Shown: positions 49,261-62,650 of the stretch, in pieces
Layout of the letters: each line of letters opens with the position of its first letter
Numbering within the stretch: the first letter of the stretch is position 1
Origin: Rhynchobatus australiae
Lineage: Eukaryota
Length of the DNA stretch: 63,994 nucleotides
Assembly (NCBI GenBank): GCA_034780895.1
Contig: JAUZTB010000076.1
Span: forward strand, 25,377,543 to 25,441,536
Reading direction: 5' to 3'
Made by a program: the position numbers and the translations under genes
Notes under the pieces: generated by a model
Databases searched by the model: none
Told to the model about the DNA's origin: nothing
Seen by the model: only the letters and a program-made list of their open reading frames with translations

Positions 49261-49627
49261 TTAGAACCTCTGCTGATATCCACTGATTTGAATGCTGGAG
49301 AAAGGCTGCACAGGATTAGGTTAAATGTTTTTGATATTTTAATTGTTTGAGTTTATTTGAATAGTTTTAATTGTTTTAATTACATTTTTTCTTGAATTTT
49401 TAATAATTTTTAGAATTTTTTTCAGATTTAGAATGATCAGAGACATTCACCAAGGAACAATACAGTGATGTATCAAAACCACTGGTTAGTCTCTGGCTAG
49501 CTGTCGAAGTTTTTTTTTCCAGCAATTTTCTGCCTAGATATTGGTCTGAGCCCCTCGTGATTAGATTCGTGCAGAAGGCCTTACCACTGGTGTTGGAGCC
49601 AGCTTTGTCTCTGAATTTCTCACCAGG

Positions 49628-49682
49628 GAATGTGAAAAATGAAAGTGCTGTTCAGAATGTGAAAAATGAAAATGCTGTTCAG
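49628..49682. repeat. 27-bp tandem duplication
   Basis: gaatgtgaaaaatgaaa(g/a)tgctgttca x2. Confidence 0.9.
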
Positions 49683-52600
49683 AGATCAGCAGCAAGCTTG
49701 AGCAGGTTGATAAGTAATGAAGTTGTTGAATTAAACAATCAGGCATAGTTTTTGGCATAACTTTCACAGCTGATTTTAACATCAGTGACAAATTTGAAGT
49801 TTCCCTGCAAAACCAAAATCTAGGAGAATATCGCAGTATACATCTGATTTAAGGTAATCTGAATTTAGAGCTTTAAAACACCCATGACTGAAAACAGTGG
49901 CAGCAATTATTACAGCAAATGCAGTTAATTAATTATTACAGTTAGTGCAGATAAGGAGGTGCTAAGATGTTTTGGGGGTCAGGTAACTGACACATCAGTT
50001 GCATATGGTAAACTCTTTTTTTTTCCCTATCTAATTTCCAGATCAATTAAACATAGATGGCTTCAAAGGAGACTTATATACAACCTTCAATAAGTAATTT
50101 AATGTACAAAGACAGCCTTCATAGTAACTCCAGCAATTCCAAATTAAATGAAAGAAAATGCAGATATTTCTGCTCATCTGCCTATATTTTATGTGCCCCA
50201 TTATGACTCTTGGGAGTCATTTCTGAGCACAGAAGTTGTGGCAGATGAAGGAGTTTTTTTATTATTATATAAGTTTTGTTTTAGATTGCAGCTTTGCACA
50301 TTTCTCCATTAAATGTAGTATCTGGTAACATGCATTCTTTTATCTGCAAAAATGGAAGTTAGTATGTGTCGTATACAAGATAGAGGAGGAACATAAGCAA
50401 TTAGAAATGCAACCTCAGATTGTTTATGGACTCTTTAAAGGTTTTATTTTTAAACAGGATATTTGCATCATAGTTAAGTGATTATGTTCTTGAATCAAAG
50501 AACCCAGGAACTAATTCATTCATAATGTTTTGGAAGGAGAATTTATTATATTTATCCATTTCTTGTTTATTCTCTATACCAAGTAATAAAAGGACCTAGG
50601 ACATTATCTGGATCTCCAACGATGCTGAGGTACAATCTGTGTTTCCTATAATGGTCCCATCAGTCACTTAAGAATCCACAAAACCAAAGTAGAAGCAAGT
50701 CTTCTTCAATCCCAAGGGACTCCCTAAGAAGAAGTAAGACTACCCGCTTAAAAGAAAACTAAGTTTGTATGGTATATAGTCCTTGAATACTATACATTTC
50801 TTTGCATACTGAATACCAGTTGCTATAACTGACTGCCAGAGCTACAGTTATTGATAATTCCTTTCTGCTATACAGGTGTCTATTCACACCAGTCCCACAC
50901 CAAACTGTGGCCATCCCCTTGGATTGAGAAACTGGCCCATGCTCAAATCATAAAAACAATTAAAATATTTGAATGAAGTCCTGACATTATTCTTACCTCT
51001 AAGTGTGCCTTTGTTTGATTTTTTTTGCTATAACTTTGCTCCAATGAAGAGTACTTGAATATGGCGAAAGAAAATAATGTCTATTCCAAAAATATTGAAC
51101 ATTTTACTCTGAGATTTGAAATTGCTCTTGTGCAGTTTAGGGGAAGAAATTGGTCATTAAAGTGCAAATACACAGGGATTTCTGAAATTAGAACAGGAAA
51201 TCGGCAGGTCAGGCAGAATCCCATTGTATCAGGATTTTATGATAGTTTAATAAATGTTTTGTGATGATATTCTGAAATGGTTTTGAGTGAATGGTCAGCA
51301 GCCAAGTACAATGCAACTGATCTCACAGATCTGCTTNNNNNNNNNNNNNNNNNNNNNNNNNNNNNNNNNNNNNNNNNNNNNNNNNNNNNNNNNNNNNNNN
51401 NNNNNNNNNNNNNNNNNNNNNNNNNNNNNNNNNNNNACAGATCTGCTTGAATTTCAAATATTGTGAAAATTCATGTTATGCAGAGGATGCAAATTTGAAT
51501 ATCAAGAGATGTGCAACCTGAAAAAAATTTCCAATAAACTGAGTTTAGAAAAATCATTTAAAGGGTAGAAATTAGGCTCTGGCATTTGATTGCTTGGAGA
51601 GGAATGTGACAAACAACAGTATAAATAGCCACCATTCTTTTAGGTGGGCAGAAAATGCCTGGTGGAGTATCTAGAATTGAGGGAAGGGGAAAGTTCCTGA
51701 AGGCTCAGAAGTGAATATATGAGGAGAGAGCTTAAATATCTGAAGGCAGGACAGAGACTTGATACAGAACTTCCTCAAAGGGGTGGAGCAATATTAAAAG
51801 CAGAAGTTTATAATTGATGAATTAACAGTTTGAGATCAGGGACCTGAAGTGCCTTCTAGACTTATAAGCCCAATGGCTCCTCAAATACCAAAGACCAGTT
51901 CCAGTGCAGGAAGAAGTTTAATTACCTCACCAGTGTAGCTGGGGTAAAATACTTCTTCCATATGATTCTTCCCTCTTTGTATGGAATGTAGAATACTTAT
52001 TCACTGTGTGCTTCCTCAAACAAATCTTTCTGAGACATTTTCAGAGACTGACTTGGTTTGTAGATTGGTGGAAGATTCCTGAAAATTAGTAGTATTTTTC
52101 TTTGGTGTAGCTTTGCTCTGCTTAGTCATACCATTTCTTAATGCTCCTGTTCTGCATCATTATAAGGATGTAAAGAGGAATGCCCTCTGAAACCCCATGA
52201 AAGAAATCTGGGAAGAAAAAGATTGAAGCTGCAGGAAATCTGCTTGCACAATTCTTTCTCAACGTCATGGCATTTTATTTCAATTGTGTTTCAGACAAAG
52301 TTTATGGATATTCAGAACCTCAGAATTCAACCAATTCCTAGTCTGACAACTTATGCAAGTGGCTTAACCTCATTTTCTACAAGCTTAACTTGGGTCAGCT
52401 ATAAATCTACCATAAATAGTTCACTTCCCACACATTTTACTACAACAGTCCTTGCCCTTGTTATCCTAGCATTAGCACACATGCACTACTTTGGAGTTTA
52501 GCTTGTATTTCAGAAGAGACTTAACTGATACAGCTACTTTGCATTTGACTTTTGGTCACTTTGCACTGGAGCTACATCATTCCTACACCAAAACTAAGTT

Positions 52601-55600
52601 TGAATTTGCAGTTTTATGAATATAGTAGTTTGGGACGTAAGCCCAAGTCAGGGATTTGTGGTTGGTACTGCTGGTAATGTATCATAATATGAGCTTAGAG
52701 CTTGATGCAAGCACAGAACAGTTATATTTAGAATGTTCAACCTATCCTGACATTGCACCTCAGTCCCGACAACTCTCTTATTTGCTGCTATAGACTATGG
52801 ACATGGCAAACTCTAGTGGCTGATGGTCTTTTCCACTATGCTTCCTTGTTAATAGCTTTATTTGAAGGGTGCCCCTAAGTGCCAAAGAGCCTGTGCTCTG
52901 CCATTTTGAACATCACAACCAAGCTCTTTTCTGTGAGCGAGGATCTCACTGCTCATGTAGACATCTTTTTCTACCTGCTCCTTCTTTAGAATCTTCTATT
53001 TTCCAGTTGTTTTATTCTTAAAGCTGTGGTACCATTTTGGTACCTTCAAAAAAGACCTAGTTTCTCCACAGAGCAGTCACGTTCTGGTGAAACTAATGCT
53101 TCCTTTCCAAGTACAATAGACCTGGAAAAGGAGTTGCAATGTTTTATTCCCTGCCCACCAGGTGATGTGCACTTAGGAGTGTAATTACTATTTGAAAATT
53201 AAGTAGTCTGCATTAATGCAATAAGTTGCCGTTCCAGCTGCATAGGATGCAGAGAGCCACTTTTCTTCATGAAGAGACATATGGCCTTTTCATGTTTTGT
53301 TGCGAAGCCATATTTTGTGTACAAGGAAGTACAAGCCTAATAGGAAAGATGAAAAGTTTAAATGTATGAGCATTAACTGTTTATCCAGTACTTGCCAATA
53401 CGTTGACATTTGTCAGTTGCCTAATACTGTGACATTTCTTTCTCACTTAGGTAAGCTTTTACCCCATTTCTCAAACAGCTTACTTGAGAATCTTGTAAAA
53501 AATATAGTAAAATCCTTGATGAAACTCTCTTTCCATCTCCACAGATTTTGACTGAACTGCTAAGTTCATCATTTTCTGTTATGTCTGAGTTTCCAGTATC
53601 CACAACATTTTACATTATTAACCCTTGATTACAATTTGATCAAAACATTTTCTTAAAATTTAATAGCAATTATTATAAAGCCTGCTATCTCATATAATTC
53701 AAGACATAGTAGCCAGAGAAAGCAATATAATGATATTGAAACTGTGCAGCTCCTATAAAATACATCCTGTCATTTTGTGGAGATTTGTGATTACTGCTTT
53801 CAGCCATTTGGAGTGGGAGTGGGAAAGGGTTAACACCATGTAAAATGCAGCCAGTCTCTTTAAGCCTTGTGATTGCATGGCTTTTATAATGGGTCCTGAC
53901 AATTGTGCTGAAGGTATTTGATTGTCAAAGGCATTTGTGTGTGTCTGCAATATGTCCACATTCATTTGCAAACCTTCAGCGTTAGTGCACCACAGTTTCC
54001 CAGTTAAATATAAGTGGCCTCACCTCAAACAGATCAATATTCCTGGCACTTCCTCCAAAACTAAGGGAAATATTTTATTTTAAAAATCAATTCCTTAAAA
54101 TGTTTGAATATGCATGAGTATGTATTTGACCTTGAGAATTGAGTGATTTTTGTTCAGAGCTTTGAAGAATGAACAAGCAGTCTCTGCAGAGAAAGAATGC
54201 TTCAGAGATGCAAGTCGTGGACTATTTTTACAACAATAATTCATGCAAGTTGCATATCTGCAGCCACACTGATTACTCTGATACTTAAAAAGAGTAAGAA
54301 TTTTAATATTTTATTGCATTTAAATACAGCTTCGCCCTGTTGTAAAAATAAAGAATCTGGTCATCCTGCTCTCTACTTTTGATTATCCTTTTTGTGGTAT
54401 TTTGATGCTAATCAGTGCTTTCTTCCATAGTTTTTTTCTCCAAAGGCTGCATAAGTACTCAGGATTGGTCAGAGAATTTGTATTCCCTCTTCTTGTATTC
54501 ATTATCTAAAGTCAAATCAAGATCCTTCTATGGTTCCTCGTGGCTTAAGTATTCAATTAGATTCTAATCCAAGATGGTTTGAATTGATGATGGATGGAGG
54601 GAAGGCACCCTAACATCCAAAACTCACTGCCAGTTAAAATTCTATTTAGATTTTGCAGTTTTTTCCCAGCTTTGAGAAGTCAAGAGTTAAATTCAACAAC
54701 CCCAAAATATTGATGTCTGATAGTTAACCAGTTCCACCCACACATGCTTTATGGTTTAGTTTGTTTTGATCAATTCCATGGAGACCAACAAATGCAATTT
54801 GTTTTGTGGATAAATCTACCTTAATGTTATTTAGGGTGCAATGTGTGGATCAGGTCCAATGCACATTAATAGCAAAATGCCATACAAAATCCACTGAAAC
54901 ATTTTCAGCACTTATTTGCAAAGTACAAAAGAGAATTCAATAGGAAATAAGATATTTGACCCAAACTGTGTACAGTGGCATCTATTTCTCACATGAATAG
55001 CTTTTTTTCACATGAATAACTTTTGTTTTCCACTCCTGTATTCACGCAAACTTTTTTTTTGATTGATTATTGACATTGGATAGTTTTGAATGTACAGGAA
55101 GGATTGCATTGTTTTGAAAGCAGGTCGGGGTTTAAACTGGGGAAGCTGACTTCCATAGTTAATTCCAGCATATTAAGCAGCATACAAGCAAATCCATTTG
55201 CAAACTAATGTAGTCCATTTGAATATATTAATTGAGCATACTAACATGGCTTTTGCAAATTAATTGTGGTCCATGCATTTTTGAAATTTCTTGGAATTTC
55301 AAGGAAACCAATGCAGTTAGGAACCTTGAAGACTGTAAAATATGCCCATACATACTGATACCAAAATAGTGTTATCAGCAGTGTCACACAACACTTANNN
55401 NNNNNNNNNNNNNNNNNNNNNNNNNNNNNNNNNNNNNNNNNNNNNNNNNNNNNNNNNNNNNNNNNNNNNNNNNNNNNNNNNNNNNNNNNNNNNNNNNNNN
55501 NNNNNNNNNNNNNNNNNNNNNNNNNNNNNNNNNNNNNNNNNNNNNNNNNNNNNNNNNNNNNNNNNNNNNNNNNNNNNNNNNNNNNNNNNNNNNNNNNNNN

Positions 55601-56054
55601 NNNNNNNNNNNNNNNNNNNNNNNNNNNNNNNNNNNNNNNNNNNNNNNNNNNNNNNNNNNNNNNNNNNNNNNNNNNNNNNNNNNNNNNNNNNNNNNNNNNN
55701 NNNNNNNNNNNNNNNNNNNNNNNNNNNNNNNNNNNNNNNNNNNNNNNNNNNNNNNNNNNNNNNNNNNNNNNNNNNNNNNNNNNNNNNNNNNNNNNNNNNN
55801 NNNNNNNNNNNNNNNNNNNNNNNNNNNNNNNNNNNNNNNNNNNNNNNNNNNNNNNNNNNNNNNNNNNNNNNNNNNNNNNNNNNNNNNNNNNNNNNNNNNN
55901 NNNNNNNNNNNNNNNNNNNNNNNNNNNNNNNNNNNNNNNNNNNNNNNNNNNNNNNNNNNNNNNNNNNNNNNNNNNNNNNNNNNNNNNNNNNNNNNNNNNN
56001 NNNNNNNNNNNNNNNNNNNNNNNNNNNNNNNNNNNNNNNNNNNNNNNNNNNNNN

Positions 56055-56935
56055 CGCCAATCATTTCTATCCCAAGACATCAAGAGTTCCTTGTGTCACT
56101 TTCTTAAGCCCAAACATTATCTTCAGCTGCTTCCTCAATGAGCTTCCTCATTGGCCAATTCCATTTGCAACTCTTCAGAAAATGAAGCAGCCCCTGCCTG
56201 CATGCTTGAAGCCCTGGACAACATTTCAGGCCCAATCTAACAAGTATCAAGTATCATCTGCAGAATAAAAGTCCGTAGTAATCACCATCTCCACCAAGAG
56301 GGAGTCTACCAATCTTTGACATTCAATGGCATTACATTGCCAGATTACCCATCATTAACATATTAAGAACCTGGCTACCCTTTGACCCATGACTGAACTC
56401 CTGTCTCTCCAAACCCCTCTTCCCACTCCCCCCCCTCCAATCTAAATGTACGTGTCAAAATTTGATGGAATACCTCCAATTTCCCCAGATGAGTGCAACT
56501 TCTAAAGCACTCAAAGGCCAATGCCATTTAGGTCAAAGCAGCCATTCACAATCCTAAACATTCATACCCTCCACCACTGCTGCATCGTGACTGCAGTTTG
56601 TACCATCCTCAAAATGTACTGCAGGTACTTGCCAACTCTACTCCAATAGGACCTCCTAGATGCACAAAATCTACCTTGAAGAAGAACAAGGGTAGCTTGC
56701 ACAAAGGAACACTATCATATTCAGGTTCCACTCCAAGTTAAGAATCATCCTGACTTGGAAATATATCTCCACACATTTCATTGTACTTGAAGCCTGTAAA
56801 TCCTTCCTCAGCAATGTTGTAGGACAGTCTATGTCAGAAAGATAGCAAAAGTTCAAGAAGACGTTTCACCTCTGCCTTCTCAAGGGCATTAAGGGATGGG
56901 CAATAAAAGCTGATCTGCCAGCAACTCTCACATTC
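56055..56935 (+). mobile_element. CR1/L2-group LINE RT and 3' end (same family as 22190-23265)
   Basis: cttcagctgcttcctcaatgagcttcc, catcctgacttggaaatat and ccttctcaagggc...gggcaataaa are shared. Confidence 0.8.
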
Positions 56936-58669
56936 TGCAAATAAGAAAAACGTCATCTATGTGCTTTCTTGCCTACTTTTCTGCTACCAAGACCACTGAT
57001 TGTCAGCAACATGTCCTCTGCAACCGTTAGTTACAAGATTTCTGTTCTTTGCTCTCTTCCTGCAAGTAGAGAAAGAAGAGAGGGAAATCCAGAANNNNNN
57101 NNNNNNNNNNNNNNNNNNNNNNNNNNNNNNNNNNNNNNNNNNNNNNNNNNNNNNNNNNNNNNNNNNNNNNNNNNNNNNNNNNNNNNNNNNNNNNAATCCA
57201 GAAACTATTTAATATTGCAGTTACTAGCTTAAAAAAAATCAAATATGCCACACTGGTTTCCTCACATTGCTTTTGGGGCCCCTGTGCCTCCAGCTCCCAG
57301 TGTCTGTGAAAATAAAGCTAAGACTGTAACTTTAATCCTATTGGTAAATTGCATAGCCTCAGAACTTCAGGCAAAGAAGTTTATTCTGCCTTAAGTTTAA
57401 AATATATTACATTTCATTTTGCATCAATGGCTCCTCATTCTTCACCCTCCAACTGCTGATTTGTTTCCGTTTACTATATCCCACCCATTAATAACTTTAA
57501 AATCCATCATACAGCCCTTTGATTTGTGCCCTACTGAGGTCTCATTTTTTCAAATATTACAATGTATTTTTGTGTCCTCCTGCCAGGCAGCAACCCAGTC
57601 TTTAATGGGTGCTGTTAGCTTTCATATTCTTTATGTAATGAGGATTTTACGTGCAACTTAATCCATCCTCCTCGGGGTTTAGTGGGGTACATTGGACAGG
57701 GGCAGCATTGAGAGTCACAGTACTGTACATCAATGAAAAAAAAGTCTATTGATCTATCAGGAAGAAAAATAATTAATTAGGTTCAGTAATCTTGCTCTCT
57801 ATTCATTCTCCATTTAAATGCTATCTTATTCCTCATTTTGTCCTGCATGTCCTTGCCAACCAGCTGATCTTTTTCCTCCCCAGTCTCTTGACTTTTACTA
57901 TAAACCAGTAATCAATATTAAAAATGTCAAAAATCATTGTGGTTGCCTTAAAATAGCTAATTTGTTTAATGTATGTATGTACGATATGTATATATGATCC
58001 ATTGTAATATCTGAATAACTGCCAAGTGACAGTAATACCCATTCAGTATAATTTTTTTTGCACCAAGATCATGTTGCAGTTGAGAATTGAAAGGAAACAA
58101 ACATTTTACAGTGATGTCGTTGAAATCCTTATTCCATTCATATCTNNNNNNNNNNNNNNNNNNNNNNNNNNNNNNNNNNNNNNNNNNNNNNNNNNNNNNN
58201 NNNNNNNNNNNNNNNNNNNNNNNNNNNNNNNNNNNNNNNNNNNNNCTGTGTTTAGTTCCTGTTTAAAATATTGCAAATTTCATTTAAATCTGTCCTTTTG
58301 TGGTGCTAGTCATAACTAGTTTGTGACTTCACCACTGATGCAGGTGAGCTCTTATCTATAAACTATAACCTGCAGATTCTCTCCATGTATTCTATATATG
58401 GCTATATCAGAGCATTAACATTTTTAGTCTTTTAGTTTAATTTTCTTTAGTGTTCTGTGTTTATGTGCTCCTATCTATTTTAGTAAATCATAAATGATAC
58501 TAAATCATCAATTATTGATTTAACTTGTATTTGTGCAGCATTTATCTCCCTTGTTGATGACAGTTCAGTAATATTCAAAAAAGATTACTTCTACTCAAGC
58601 AGCTAAAATATATATCTCATTGAAGGTAACTTTGCATATGAGAACCCAGAATCAATTCTGATTTTATTA

Positions 58670-58920
58670 TCATGTCCTACAGCTGACTGTTGGTTGCTAA
58701 CGATCATAGAATGTCAGCGACAATCTCAGTCTGTGACTTTTCATCAGCTNNNNNNNNNNNNNNTTACTGCCCACTGCACAGACAGAGCCAGCTGCAGTCA
58801 AGAGGCAGTAATTTAGGTGTTTAAGCCAAGCTGACAGCCTTTATGTCATGGTGGGTGACAGTGCATATTTGACACGGTACAGCTGTATATTGTGCGAGGT
58901 GAAGAATGTGATGCCATTTA
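58670..58920. promoter_or_regulatory. Candidate enhancer (E-box/TALE/RFX motif cluster)
   Basis: CAGCTG at 58680, 58789 and 58880; TGACAG at 58832 and 58856; GTTGCTAAC near 58694. Confidence 0.35.
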
Positions 58921-59929
58921 TCTTATTTTCATACATTTCTTAGGCACGGTTGCTCTATTCATGTGTGCGTGGGGGAGGGTTCTCTCTTTGCTTAGTGAAA
59001 AGGAAGGACTGAAGCATCCCTGTAGGCCAATTGCGTATGACTTTTTTCATTTTATATTCATAGTATTGGTAAAAAAAAATGCTAGAGATACCCAGTGTAA
59101 ATTAGTTCTGCTTTGGAACAGGTCACCGTGTAGTTAGCACATGTTTAACATGTGTTTCAGTCACTTTTTAACTCTAAGACTGCTTTTGTAAATTCAAAGC
59201 AATATTAGGCTGTGATTTTAAATCCTTGTTCATCTGTCTTCATGTCAGAACTGACGTGCATCAAAATTTTTAGTGCAATATTATTTTCTTTTTCTGTGCT
59301 GTTAGTAATACCTTATTTAATATCAATGTGGGTTACAAATGCTGAATAAGCAGTGAATTCACAGCATGTGAATTCAAGCTTCTTGCATGGGTCAAAGGAT
59401 GTGGGTCGCAGTACTTGGCCATGTGCTGCAGATCTATGTATTTGGTTAACATTTGTGACATATGTAGGACTGTTCATCCATTGCAATTAATTGCTAAAAT
59501 TCAGTATTTTCATTTCATAAATGTCTTACATATTCAATTTTTCCCATGCCCTTCTTATTATTTTTGAAATCTGTTAAATATCCTTTCACAGACATACCTT
59601 TATGCGTTATGGAAATGGAATGTAAACTATGTATTCTAAATTGCTACTCAACAGGATTTATTCTCACCCTTTTCACATTTGCAGAATTGGTCTATTCAGA
59701 ACTATACATACACCTAAATTCCTCATTATGAGAAAATCTTTGATTTGTGTGTTAAATTGAATATTGGAATAGTATTTCACGTATATTCCTCAAACTGCCA
59801 TATGCAGTAATGGATTTGTAAATGCACATCCAATCTGTCATTTTGAGAAAATATATCAGTAGTTAAATCTATAATCAGCTGTTAAACATAAACCAATGTG
59901 CCATATTTATCCCATTAGATCATTTTTCC

Positions 59930-60420
59930 TGATTTCAATTTACTTTAGAATTCAGCCAGTTCAGAAGTACTTCTTCTGAGACCAGGTACGTTATTTCATT
60001 CTGCTCTGTGCCCTTGCTACATGCTTTTTTATTCACCAGATGGGTTTTAAGAGGACAGGAAATCATTTCCCAAATATGCTGTGGAATAAGCTCTGCCTGT
60101 TTACATTTCGAATCCCCATTATTAGACCTGTGTCGTTTATCATTACAAACCATTATCACGGCTGATCGGCTGCTTTGTTAGCCCCTCCGCTTCCGATGCA
60201 CTCTGCTCCTTGAAGATTAGCTTTATAAACCACGGCTGTAAAAGGGAAAAGGCGACAATCTCTTCATAGGAGAGCAACCTGATTTGTTGAGCTGGGATAA
60301 AAGTATGAGTCATTCTTCTTATAATATTATGCTTATCTCTGCATAATTTTACAATTACCCTCATCAACAATGAGCTAATTCTGAACTGTTTCATGATCTT
60401 TTCGTCACAGCATGTTGTGA
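59930..60420. promoter_or_regulatory. Candidate conserved non-coding element
   Basis: Repeat-free, complex sequence with locally retained CpGs and Fox-like (TGTTTAC), homeobox-like and AP-1 (TGAGTCA) motifs. Confidence 0.35.
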
Positions 60421-62289
60421 TTATTGGTCACCAGGGTTTAGAGATTGCAATTAGTACAGTAATCAGAGGTTAACTGTGGATGCTAAAGATTTAGGGGAGA
60501 TTTCTGTTGTTGGGTGTCTTCTAATAATGCTGCTTTCACTCTCAGCACAAAGTGCACAATCTCATTGCCAGAATGTTGGAATGATTTTCACACAGAATTC
60601 TTAAGATCAAACATTTAAACCAGGACTTTGCAAACAGGCCAAGGATCTCCTGAAATATTTCCTGTGTAATTGTGGCTCACAAGTAACTGAGGTGTTTTTG
60701 TAGCAGATTGCTATGTTGAATGTACCACTCAACATATCTGGACACATGAGGAGAAAGTTGATCAACCTGAAGAAAGTGTTCTGTGAGACTAGTGAATTTA
60801 GCGAACTGTTTCTGACCCAAGTAGTCATATCAAGAATAACATTCTTAATCTTGTTACTTTGTGGTGGACAGCATTTGCCTAAAATTAGCTTAATTTTCAT
60901 CTTTTTTTAATGCTCATAAAAGATGGTTTAAACCAGTGTACATCACATTAGTGATAGTTTCCTGGTGAAATTGTTCACATGACAAAATTGGATAGACCAC
61001 TTCCACGCATGCGTCACGTTTGCACGGTTAATGACATTATTATTCACTCTGTGCTCATTTTCTTCCTTACTGACGGAAGTTGGAGTTTGAACTTGCAACC
61101 TGCAACCTTGAAACTTTCTCAGCACAATTAGGATCACATCATGCTACTTTGTTGCCTTTATCACTATTTAAATGGATGCTGCTGACATCAGGAGACCCAA
61201 ATGAGCAGTTTAAAAACTTGCTGAGAGATGCTCAGTCACCTTTCAAGACTATAGCTTATGCTAAAACTTACGGGGATTGCTTTCTCCAGTATTTTGATGA
61301 TGACTTACTCATTCAGTGGGTGCCTCAAGGGTGATAGCATTGTCAGCATGCCATTAGTAACCTTTCTAGTTGAGTCACGGCTGGGTGTGCAGCAAACAGT
61401 AGCTATACCTGTGTCACCTACCTCAGCACAATAAAACATGTGATTTGACTTAAATAAGGATACATTTCAAAAGCGATGATGTGTTCAGAATTGTTTATAA
61501 CAACAAAAAAATCAAATAATACCAAAATTGATGATCATTACATTGGGAGATGAAATTTAACAGCCTTTCCTACTTCATTACCTGTTATGTGGGACTTGCA
61601 GTCCTATCATTACATCACAGTGTTTCCTTTTGTAGCGCCTGGAAGGGTGCACCCTTGCCCTTTGATGACCTAGGAAAAGCTCTTGTCTGACTTAGGCCAG
61701 TTTCATTTCGACTGCTGCCCAGGGTCAAATAAGGGAGCAGTCTGGAAGGGGTAGCTGTGAGACATGTATGGGCATGTCACTACTGAAGAGGATAGGGTAA
61801 GAAATGGCTTGGTTTCGACAACAGTTTCCGGATCCTGCACACCAGATGACACCTCAGGGGACCAGGAACACAACAGTGTAATGATCTGCTGGCAACCAGA
61901 CTGGTAATCCACTATTTCAACCTCCAGACCTGGAGTGGAGCCAGCTCTCACTCTGAATCAAAGATGTCTATTCACGGCAGTCTTCAGTCTTCTTGGAATC
62001 ATTTCTTACAATGTAGACTAAAAAGAGGATTGAATGTGTTTGTAGTTAGGTGGTGTATGGCATGTCACAGCTCTCGCAGAAGAGAGATGAGTTCTTTCAT
62101 CCCAAATCTCTACTCTAAATGAGAGTTAACTGCTCATGAATGGCATCCCTCTGTTGTTTGAGGACATTCAGATGCACCCTAGTGGCACATTGCTGTTCCT
62201 TTAAGCTCCATGTGGAGAGATCAGAGCTCCATCTAGATAAGGATTAGACTGCATAGGAACAACAAGATTTTGCATAACCACTGTCTGAC

Positions 62290-62650
62290 TCTACAACAGC
62301 TGTAATCCAAATCAGTAGATGCTGCATGCTCGGATTATTGCCAATCCCCAGTATTAAATTGTGTGTGACCAGAGTTTGATATGATCCAGCTGAAATTGGT
62401 CCTCAAGAGGACACCAAAGATCCCATAGGACAGTATAAAAAGTCACCAAGAACTTCTTTGAATGTCCTAGCCAATTTTTTTTGTTTAACCAACATCATTA
62501 AAGCAGATTAATTGGTTATTTTATGAGCACAGTTTGTGGTACCTTTCTGTGTACAAATTAGCTTGTGTGCTTCCAAGACAAGAGCAATGACTATGCTTCA
62601 GAAGTATCAGTTTTTACAGTAAAACTCTTTGGATGTCCTGAGCCAGTGAA
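62290..62650 (+). mobile_element. Deu-domain SINE
   Basis: aaagatcccataggacagtat...gtcctagccaa...accaacatcattaaagcagatta...gtttgtggtacc...ctttggatgtcctgag. Confidence 0.75.

Noticed and set aside
59138-59376. Short perfect hairpins (cacatgtt-t-aacatgtg; tgaattcaca-gca-tgtgaattca) as miRNA precursors
   Set aside because: Stems of 8-10 bp are too short and are expected occasionally in AT-rich DNA.
61640-62000. GC-richer segment as a possible exon or RNA gene
   Set aside because: No recognisable ORF, splice pair or RNA motif; most likely an unclassified old repeat.
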